Source: a virus | Virus record (IMG/VR): IMGVR_UViG_3300035682_000017 | Location: 17,704-81,703 of that record | Reading direction: 5' to 3' (one strand) | Length of the DNA stretch: 64,000 nucleotides | In this document: positions 46,896-58,800 of the stretch, piece after piece | How positions within the stretch are numbered: the first letter of the stretch is position 1 | How the letters are laid out: every line of letters starts with the position of its first letter | Notes under the pieces: generated by a model | What the model saw: only the letters and a program-made list of their open reading frames with translations | Told to the model about the DNA's origin: nothing | The model's database searches: none | Translations under genes and position numbers: made by a program

Positions 46896-49800
46896 ATGAA
46901 AATTTGCATTACTCCCAATTCTATTAAATTATTCTACGTTTATTTTGAAAGCATAGCTCCTAATTTTAAATTAGATAAAAGCACTTTACCAGAAACATTA
47001 AAACTGTTTTATGATAAAGCAATGGATGATTTTTCAAGTAGTTCTCAAAATAAAAAAGAATTAACTGAATTGGTACTACAACATTTAAGCATTTTGCCAA
47101 AAGTTTTACAATCAGAACTTGTTCTAACTTCAAATAGAGATTTGGTAAAAAATGTAAATAATTTACAATTAGAAATTGAATCTGGTATTTTAGAAGGTAG
47201 TGGAAAATTAATTGATGTAATTAATAATATAAACTCAATGATTGGCAATGGTCCAATCATTCCTACAGTGTCACAAAATGATGAAGATGATTATAGATTT
47301 GATGCTATATCATTTGAGTTTAGTAAAACTAATAATCAAGACACTGAAGTATCTTCTTTAAATTCTTTTAAGGATAACATTAAAAGTGAAAATCAAACTT
47401 TGACTACTAATGTTACGATAAACATTGTAAAATCTAACAATGCTAAAAATTATAAATTTAAAGCATTCTTATTTAAAGATGTAGAGTCTTTAGTTTCTGG
47501 TGAGTTAGATAAAAACTTTTTACCAAATGATTTTGTTATGCTTGTTGTTGATGCTAATAACAACATAGTAAAGTTTGATAATGCTGGCGTTGAATCTGAA
47601 AAAGGAATTGTTCCTATTTATTGGACAAAAGTACTAGGTACTGAATTTTCATTTAAAGCAAACAACTTGGCTTTAATCTTCTCACAAAAATATAAAATAT
47701 CAATTAATGAGGCAGAGAAAATTGTTGCTAGTAAATTAAAAGAGCATTTATCTAAAATTGAATATATTAAAACCAATCTTGAAAAAGGAAATGAGGTAAC
47801 TATTCCAATTGATATAAACAATAGTTCAGTAGGGTTCATTGAAAAGTCTTTTGTTGAAAGATTCCCATTGTCTAATATGACAAACCTTGGTGAAGTTAAA
47901 GTTGTACTTAAACAAGATTCAAAAAGAAGAAGTGCTTTAATTATTCCTGAAAAAGGTAATGAGTCTTTTCCAATTTCTGGAACTGAATTAGGACCAATGT
48001 TAACAGAAGAATTTTCTGAAGTTCTTTTTTCACTTGCGTTTGCTCCAAACCTTCTTTATAAAAATTCAAACGGAAAAGTTTTTTCAAGTGTACTTGGTAT
48101 AAGTGAAAGGAAAGAAAGATTAAGCACTTTACTTAAAGGGGTTTTAATTTCTTCTGTTGCAATTAAAAGTGAAAATCCAAATGAAAGACCTGTTATTAAA
48201 AATCAAGTTATTTTTGGTAACTATTCTTTTTCATATACGTATGATACCAAAAACAATGAATATACTTTTGACAATGGTGTTAAAATTGAACAAGTAAAAA
48301 ATTTATTCAATGAATTTTTAAAAGAAGATGACATCATTTTAACTAAACTTGATCCATCTAATCCTAAAATTTCTTCTAAGTTAAAAGAAAATAGAGCTTC
48401 TGCAAATGCAGGTGATTTCTTTATTGAAAATGACTCTGTTTATTTTAAAACAAAAAAACTTGTAAATCTTGGTATACCTACAGGTGTTGTTAAAGCTGGA
48501 GTTGATTCACCAGTTATTCGTGTACCAGTTTCATCAGAAATATCTGAATCCGGACAGAAAGTTATTGTTTTTGATTCTTACAGTTTGAGTGATTTTGTTA
48601 AAACTTTTGGAACAACAAACTTGATTCCAAATAAAAACAATGAACTTGTAGCTAACTATCCTTATTTAACTTTTGGTAACCCAATGGTTAAGTTAGAAGA
48701 AAACAATACTGAAGAAGATGAAACTTTATTTCAGTCACTAGCTGATACAGTTAGACCTACTGGTTCAAGTGAACTTCAGGAAGCTGCTCTAAAGTGGTTT
48801 CAAAATCATCCATTAAGCAAATTAATTTCATTAAATATTTCAGATCAAGTTAGTGCAAAAGGTCCAAACTTTGTTGCTAACTTTTTAAACAATGCTATTA
48901 CTTTGTACAAAGGCTCTTTAAATACTGATATATTTCACGAGTCTTTTCACGCATTTACACAATCTGTTTTATCACCAAAAGAATTAGAAGCATTATATTC
49001 TAAAATTAAAAGTACGCCTGGTTATTTTACAGTTGTTGTTCATGGTGTAAAAAAAGAATTGCGTTTTGATAAAGCAAGTAATCTTGAAATTGAAGAGTAC
49101 CTTGCTGAACAATTTAGAATGTATGCTCAAAACAGAACTACTTCTTCTAAATTAAGTGTACAAGTAAAAGAATTTTTTGATAGACTTTTAACACTCATCA
49201 AATCTATTTTTGGTGATATGCGTATTACTGATGCTGTAAATTTGAATAGGTCTAGCAAGTTGGCTTCTAAAACATTTGAGGCTTTATTTTCTGGAAATAT
49301 AAACCTTTCAAATTTTAGACAATCAAGTACAGATGCTTTATGGAAATCAAGTGAAATTGATACAGACTTTTCAATGGAAGAAATCCATGTAATTATGGAT
49401 TCTATGAAATCTTTGTTTAATGAGTTTGTTACATACGGTGTTAACTCAAACAACAAACCTTTATTAAACTTGATGATGCAATTATCTGAAGTTAATGAGG
49501 AGTTGGAACCAGAAAAATATAATAAGATTAAAGAAGAACTTTCTTTAAAACAAAATTCAATTAGAGATAAATATACTGCACGCGGTTTATTTTCTGTACA
49601 AACAAATTCAGAGTTGTTTAAAACAGGATTAACTTATATTAAAAACAACCTTATCCAGCAAAGAAATTTATTAGATAAAAGATATTCTGAAAATCCAAAC
49701 AACTTGAATTTTAAATTTGCAGCAGATGTATTAAACAAAGCTGTATCTAATTTTGGAGATGAGCAAGAAGCATTTAATGAAGTTCCTACTGAAAAAGGAT

Positions 49801-52800
49801 ACGCAACTATTTCTGCATTATTTTTAAATAACTATTCCAACTTAAATTTAAAAACTGTTTCTAAAGAAATTGAAACAAGTCAAAATAATTTAGATGGTGA
49901 ACAAGAATTACAAGAAAGAAATGATGAAGACTTGGCGTTAAATGAAGATCCAACATTGGACTTTAACAAAAATGGTAATGATGAAAGCATCCAGGACTTA
50001 ATGGATAATCATACTAAAGAGCTTCTTTCAAATGTAACTAAGCATACTAAAAATGGTAAGGGTGTTCCAATGTTAAATCAACTTGGATTTAAAAAAGCAT
50101 TGCCATTAGAAAACATGATTGCCAAAACTGCAAAGTTATTAGCAAATACAATTAGTCGTATTGACATGTATAATAAGCTTAAAGAAGCTGCTTTAAAAGA
50201 TGGTGAGTTTAAAGAATTGCTTTTTAAACTTGGAGATCCTTCTTCTGCAAATACAACTTTGAGTGAGCAAAAACAATGGCTTGCATTTTGGCAGGCAATG
50301 AATAAAGCTGATATTATTCTTAGACAATTTGTAATTGAAAAGAATGATGTAATAAATGGTAAAGAATCTTCTACAGAGTTATTAATGTATTCTGGTAGAA
50401 CTGTTGCAGACTCTCTTTATATTGGTAGAGAATGGGCTGCTAACTTTAATGAGTTATTAGAGTTAAGTCCTTATGCAAAAGAAGATGAGAATGGAAAAAA
50501 ATACATTGATGTAAAAATGTTTTTTGAAGAATTCCAACCTGAACTTCCTGTCTACAGTGTAAAAGATCCAGCCTCAACTTTAGAACCATATCTTACACAT
50601 GCTGAATACATCCGTTCAGTAAACAAAAAAGAATATGAAAGCTCAAGAGCATTAAAAGCATATTCAGAACCATTTGAATTTTTAAATGCTTTTGGAATTG
50701 ATCTAGTAGATGATTCAGCTGTAAGAGATATTATTAGAAAAGGTTCTAAAAACTTTAAGTTTGAACCTTTATTTTTATCATACATTGTTGATTCTTTAAA
50801 AAACAAAATTGAACAAAATGATGGTAAGTTATACAGGATGGATGAAATCTTTAGCGCATTTAACTTTAAAAATAAAGATGGTGTTTACATTCAACAACCA
50901 GCAACATATACAGTTAAAAATGCTTTACAAGAATTGCATTCTCAATTTTCAAATGACAATGTATCCTTCATGGCTACAACTTCATACAATGAAAAGAAAT
51001 CTGAAAAAGCATTAAACTCATCTTTAACTGTTGAATTAAATGCTTTAAAGAAAGCAAACACGTATGAAGAGTTAATTGTTATGCCAGGAATGAGAAAGTT
51101 TGACATAGATTTAAACCCTTTTGTTGGTGGCAATAGAGCATTTGTTCAATTATTTAATTTGGATAACGCTAATCCTATTATTAGAGGTACAAAAAATAAA
51201 AACATTGAATTTAAACTTGAAGATTTAACTGGTTCAAAAGTTAAATACAATTTAAAAGTAACCAATGATGGTGAAACTGTTACTTCTGAAAATGAAAAAG
51301 GTGTTTCTTCTATGGCTTCTGATGAAAATACAAAATTCATTACAGATTTTTATACCACTTTAGAAGGTATACAAGAATTACCAAGGATGGAAGCTAAGTC
51401 TTCTTCATTTGCAATGTTTAATACACAATTTGTAGATGAGCAATTACGTGGTAATAAAACTGGAGATAAAAATAGAAAATTGATTTTTGAAAAAAATGAA
51501 ATCAATCAGATATTTTCTAAAGATTATACTGGTGATTTTTTATATCAACAGTTTAAAGGGCATTTAAGTGCAGAGATGATTCGTATCCAAAGAATAAATA
51601 AACTTGAATCTGAAATTTTAAATTCAGATGAGGAATTTATTTTTGATTTTGATTATTTGAATAGAGCAAAAGACTTTATGATTTTTCAAAATTTATTAAG
51701 CAAGGATGTTAAAAACAAATTAAAAAAATTAAACTTAGATCAACTTTCAGTTCTTCAAGTAGAATCTTTATTTTCTAAAGAACTTATAGCTGATATTGAA
51801 AAAGATCTAGTTGTTTACTTTAAATCAAAATCTAAAAACATATCTAAAAATTTCAACAACATTCCAATTAGCAAATCTATTTTGGAAGAGTATACAATGT
51901 TGAATCAAGATGAAGTTGTTTTATCTGAAGAGGATGCAAAACAAGTTATGTTTGATACATTTACAACTAACAACTTTATAAACAATTTAAACTTTGTTAC
52001 TTTGTTTATTGGTGACATAGGTTTGTTTAAAGTAACAGATGAAGATTTTCATAAACGTAATGCAGGTATCATTTCTAGTGGTAAAATTTCTGCAGTAGAT
52101 GAAGCGTTTTTAGATTTTGTTAATGGTGCTACTTTTAACAACTATGGTTTTGCTAAAAAGTTTAATGGTGAAGCAAAAGATAAAAGTTTTTATTCCTATG
52201 ACGGTAAACTTAATACTGCAGTATTAGAAGAATCTAAAGCAGATTCTAAATACATTGATACATTTAGAGAAATTATAGGAAGCAAAGCTGAATCATATTT
52301 AGGTATGGAAGAAGCGGATGGTCAAGGTTGGATTACTTTTGATTCATATAGATTGTTAAATTTATCTTATAATGAATGGTCTGATGAACAAGAGGCACTT
52401 TACCAAAAGATGTTATCTGGTGAGAACTATTCTCAAGATGAAATTTTAGCAACTTTTCCTGTTAGAAAGTTTCAATACTTTGGTCACGTTACTAATGATT
52501 TAGGTGTGTCTGCATCTTTATCTACAACAGCATTCCACAAGTATTCATTAATGCCATTAATACCTGATTTAATTAAAGGAACTAAACTTGAAAAATTAAA
52601 TGAGAAATTAATGCGTGAACATATTGATTACGCGGTAATGAAGTCTGGTTCTAAAGTGTCTAGTTTATCAAGAATAACAAGAGTAAAAAAGGCTGATGGT
52701 ACTTATGAATTAAAAAAAGAACTTGACTTATTTTACAATAAAGATAGAGAGGTAATAGATGAAAAACCATTTATCAAAAATATTATTGATGCTACTCATT

Positions 52801-55800
52801 TAAAAAATGTTGTGTTTTTAGGAGAAGGTTTTAAAGGAAAAATTCCTTTACCAACTCAAATGCGTAAAATGATTCTTCATGGTTTAATGGAGAATGGTGT
52901 TCCAGTTGATTATAAAGGTGCACCAGAAGAATGGAATGCATTAAGTGAAAAAGAAAAACTTAAAAATAAATACTACCAATGGTATCAAAAATACGCTTCT
53001 ACTATTAAAAAATTGAGAGATGTATTTAAAAATGAACTTTTGGATGACATCTCTATGAAATGGGATGAAAAAAAGAAAATGTATACAGGTGATACAACTG
53101 CTATTGTTAATTACATTAAAAATGAATTAGAAAAAAATGACTTTTTACCACATGAAATAGATGGTATTGCTGATGTAAATGGTCACTTAATTGATGATTT
53201 ATCTTTTGATTTAAACAGTCAAAAAATTGAAAGCATTTTAACTGCTCTTGTTGATAAACGCCTGCGTAAATTTAAAGTAAATGGTGAAGCAATGGTTCAG
53301 GTATCTGGTGCAATGTTTGAATCAAATGGAGGTCTTGGAACATTTGCTAAACCTACGGATGAACAAATGGTACAATTCAATGGTACAAATGATTTAAAGT
53401 TTTATCCAATAGAAAAAGATGCTGAAGGCAATGTTATCATTAGCGCAATGGAAGTTAAAATTTCATTGCAAGGAGATTTTAAAAATTTAATTTATTTAAA
53501 ACATCCAGACAAAAATGTTATTGCTGTTAAAAATGCTGATGGTAAAATTGACATGGAGGCTTCTCGTTTAAGATTAAATGAGGCAATTAAAGACCGTGCT
53601 TGGAATAATAAACATAAGAATCTTTTACAAATGCCAGGTGTTCGTATTCCAACACAAGGGCCAAATGCATTAGATGTTGCTATTGTTGCTGAATTTTTAC
53701 CTGAATGGGCTGGACCAATAGTTATTCTTCCTTCAGAAATGGTTATTAAAACTGGTGGGGATTATGATATTGATAAAATGTTCTTCATGCTTCCAAGTAT
53801 ACTGCGTAACAAAAAAGATGGCGCATCCTTATATGAGTATGAAGAATTAACTACTTCTTATGAAGAACTTGATGCTGAAAAAACGGTTTTAACAAAAAAT
53901 ATAAAATCTACATCTGAAAATATTGACAACCTGTATAAAGAAAAATCAAAATTATATTTAACAAATAAAGATATTTCTGAAGAGGTTAAAGAAGAGTTTG
54001 AAGCTGAAAATTTAAAAATTGGAAAAGCAAAAAAACAACTTGCATTTTTAAAAGAAAATTTACAAAAAATTAAAACGGTTCCTTTAAATGAAACTAAACG
54101 TAAAAGATTAATTGAAGAAAATGAACTTCAAAGTATAACACTTGAAGAATTAATTATTTCAATTAGAAATGAAAGAGAAAAAAGACAAGCAGAATTATTA
54201 AGTTTTGATACAGGGGTTTCTAGTTATAAATCTGCAATGGATTCATTTGTTTTACAAATTAAACTTGAAGAAGATGTATTGCAAAAACTACTTGATAGAA
54301 AAGAACAAATAGTTTTATCAATGAAACAAAGTTCTACCAAAGGTTTGGAAAATGAACTTTTAAGATTGATGGTAGATAAAATTTTAGATACTAATAACAT
54401 AAAAGATTTACTTACACCAAATGGTACAGAAGAAGCTAAACCTCTTTCAAAAAAATTAGAAAGAGTTTTAAATAAATCATTTAACAAGTATGAAAAAATA
54501 CATGATGAGATTACAGATCCTTTAAAAATATCACCAACAACTCTATTTGATTATGAATACAACTTGCAAAAACAACAAGAAAATTCAGTTGGTAAAGATG
54601 CATTAGGTATTGCTGCAGTTGTATCTACATTTTATGCATTGTTTACAACATTTGATTCTAAGTTAAATGGTCCAACTATTGAAGCATTAGACTCATTTAA
54701 AAAAGCACTTTCTTCAAGTGATCCAAAAGGTATTGAAAAGTTTAGAGGATATGCTATTAAATTATCTCACAACTATGTTGAAAATACATTACAAGGCAAT
54801 AAGATAAAACAAGTTGCATTAGGAAAAAGATATAGTTCTGAAACAGATAAGAAATTAATTGCGGATACTATTTCACAATTGATTAATGGATTTGTGGATG
54901 TTGCTAAAGATGCTTGGGTGTTTAACATTCAGGGAAATAAAGAAAATTCACCAACTTTATTGTTCATGATAATGGCTGGCGTTCCTTTAGAAGATGCTGT
55001 TTATTTATCATCAAACCCTTTAGTTTTAGAATACAATAAAATTAAAAAAGAAATGCAGGGTGTATATTCTAAAGTGAATTACGAACAAGGTGATCCAATT
55101 GTTGAAAATGGTTTTAAGTTAAATGAGTTAGCTGGAAAGGCTCTTTTAGATAAGTATCCTACACTATTTAAAAAATACAAAGGATTAACTCCACATGCAA
55201 TAAACAACATAACTGAAGGAGATTTTTCTAATGACGCACTTTACAATAGAATTGGTAAGACTCCAACTGAAGAAGATATTATATATTTTGCACACTATGT
55301 TGAAATAGAATCTATCTCTGGTGACTTAACAAAGTTTCAACAAGCTAATAAGCACGATACAACAAAAGTTTCAAACATCACTGATGCTGAAAATAACATT
55401 GTTAAAAATGAAAACTTTTTTAGATATAGAAGTGCAATTCCAAGAGAATGGGAAGACTTGTTTAAAGAAAATCCAATTGGTGTATTTAATGCTAATGATT
55501 TTATTGTACAAGTATTTAAACAGTTCTTTAAAATTAAAAACAACCCTGTTGTAAATCAACTTGCAATTGAATTTTCTAAATCTGAAAATGTTAAAAAGAT
55601 TGTTGGTAAAGCAGATACTTCAAGAAATGCATTTAAAAATGATTTCATTTGGTTCTTATATCAAAATGCTGTTTATAATAGTAATAAACTTTCTTATTTT
55701 AATGAAGAGGGTAATTCTGTAACAAACACTTTTATTGAAGATGATTCTATTAATAAAGCAATTGAACTTAATTTTGAAGAAGACAGTGATAATATAAATA

Positions 55801-58800
55801 TTACTTACAGTCCATCAAAAATTAGCCAGGAGTTAGCAATGACTACTGATAATTTAACTAGATCCGTATTTATAAATAAAGGCAAACCTGATATTTTAGA
55901 ATATGCTAAATACAAGTACTTGTTTACAGAGTATAGTGCAATGTTTTCCAATGTTAGTGAAGAAGAATTAAGAAGCAAATATTACTTCTTGGCTTCTAAT
56001 AAATTTACTAAAACTCATTTAATAAAAGCTATTGTATTATATGATTTAAAAAGTCCAAGAAGTTTGTTTAATTCTTATGTAGGTGCAGGATCAATAATTA
56101 AAAAATTCATACGCAAGCATCCTGATTTAAAAAACTATTCATTTATTTCAGATTTAAAATTTGATGATGATTATGATTCTTTCAAATCAAATATTTATTT
56201 ACCAAAAAACACTGGTAAAAAATTAATGCAAACTTATCTTGAAAATATAAATGAGTTGCGTAATCATACAGCACCGGAAGTTGCTGAATTTTTTAAAGGT
56301 TTTGACAACTATTTAGTTATGCAGTCAGGTTTAAATGCGGCTTCTAAATATTTTATGGGCCCATTGATTTCAAAAGGATATGTTTATAACACAGCCGCAT
56401 CTCAATTAGATTTTACATCTATGGAAGATTTGTTTAAAGTTTCTTATGATCAGTTTAAAGAATTTGGAAATAGTTTTTTAAGCTATGAATATAAGGATGG
56501 TAATAAGATTGTAACAGATTCTGTTAAATTAGGTTTACTAGAACAGTTTTCTGAATCAATTTTTAATGTTGTAAATAAAAATGGTTGGAGGCAACGAGGA
56601 AGAGGTGTTAATTATGTTCAAGATAAACCATTGAATTATGGTGGAGTTAAAACTGTTAAAGAAACTCCTTTGACATATAGCAATGTAAGTTTCTTTAATA
56701 ACATGTCTGATATAAATATTAGTGATTACGACTTTATTTTTAATCCGGCTTCAATTTTTGAATCTGAATTTGAAAGTATTGATGATGTTGTTGAGATGTT
56801 AAAACCTTTTGCTGATGATAAAGTAGCATTTCCAAATTATAAAATAATTGTTCCAGAAGAAACTTTATTTACACAAAAAGAATTTGATGATTTCCTTTTA
56901 GAGTATTTTGGTATTGACAATACAGGAATGAGTCCAAATGCAATTCCAAAATCTAAAATTGGCAGGTCTTCTAATATGACCATTTCAACTGTTCCTTCTA
57001 AAGTGAAATACGAATGGTATTCAGATGAAATAATCTCTTCAAATTCTACAAAAGCAATTGCCTTTGAAAGTAAACAAGCACCAAAATATGCAAGTAAACA
57101 TAAAAATTACATTGATGCATTAGAAGGTTTTGTAAACAAAGATTTCAATGCTGATGATGCTGTTTGGATATTTGGTGCATCTTTAAGAAGTGAAGCATAT
57201 TCAGATAAATCTAAATCAGAATACGAACAGGTATTGACTGATGATTTTAACAATAAATATGTTGGTGAGATTGATAAAGCAATTGCTTCAGGGGTAACTA
57301 AATTTTTAACAGATGCTAAGAATACAGGTATTTCTTTAAGAGCTGGAAACCATTTACTTGCACAAGGTTTTAAAAAGGTTGTTACATACGGAGCTAACTT
57401 TGAAAAGTATTACTCTTATTATAAATCTTTATCAGATGTTGATTCACAATATTTTGATCCAAGTAATTCTGAAATTTCTATAAGTGATCTTAAAATTGAC
57501 ATTCACATAAATGCAATTTCTAAAATACTTACTAAAAAGTTTTTTGAATTATCAGAAGAACAAGTTGCTAATAATGGTGCAAGTTTTGTAGAGGGTATTG
57601 TTAAAGCGTATTTTTCTGATAAACTTGGGGAAAAATTAAATTTTGCTAGAAATTTATACATGTCTAAAAATTCTCCATTAAAAATTGGAACTTCACCTGC
57701 AGCTGTGTATTTAGAAAAATATTTAATGGGAAGTTTAATTCCAGCATTAGATAAAAAGTTTAATGTAGCGACTGATCAACCATCTGCTAGTGTTAAAGAA
57801 AGAAAAGTAAAAGTTGTTGCTGACGGTATTAAAGTTATAGATAATGCAATTACACAAGAAGAAGAGTTAGAATTATTTACAGCTATAAAACCTTTTTTAG
57901 AATCACAAGGTGTTCAATCAAACATAGGAAAAAATGCTCCTATTATGATAGGCTTAGGACTTAGATGGGATTACACATCAAACAATCCAGGAAAAACTCC
58001 TGTTGAATTAGGTGAAACTATAAACAATAGTGAATATCAAAAGAATAAATATAGATACTATCTTGTTTCAGCTGACGGTCAACCTTTAGGTGATATTTCA
58101 CCAAGAATAAAGGAGTTAATGACTAAAGCTACTGGTATTGATGCTACCAACTATGATGGTGCAATTATAAATATATACCCTAAAAATTCTTTTATATCTG
58201 CACATAATGATGTAGATGAATCAGTTACTGCAAAACAGTATCCTGTATTAGTTGTAAATATAGGGGGTGAGGGTAGTTTAAGTGTTGAAGGTTCTAAAAG
58301 CCAAACTGCTAAAAAAGGTTATTCTGAAAAAGAATATACAGATACTCCTTTATCTACAGGTTCTGCTTATATTTTTGGAGAAGGTGGTAAAAATAGAGAT
58401 GTATTCCATAGAACTTTACCGTCAGCTGTTAAAGGTACACTGCCTGAATTAAACATTAAAGGTAAAATTATTCCTGCTAATTCATATAGAATGACGATAA
58501 CATTAAGAAGAGTCATGCCTTTAGAACCAGGAATGCTTACAGTACCAGCTAAAGCTACTACTCAATCATCTACTAGTAGAAAAACTTATTCTGGTAAAAT
58601 AACTGAATTAAAAGATAAGCAAGTATTTGTATTTGGAAGCAATCCTTTAGGTATTAATGGTAATCCTGCTAAAGGTACAGGAGGTGCAGCATTAGTTGCT
58701 TACAATATTGCTGGTGTAAAACAAGGTGAAAAAATGGACAACATTCTTTCTGATTCAGGAAAAGCATATGGTATAACTACTGTTACAGCTCCTGGAAAAC

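Noticed and set aside
53790-54345. Intein or intron in RNAP, portal or MCP
   Set aside because: No C/S...HN splice motifs, no LAGLIDADG or HNH ORF and no frame breaks seen.
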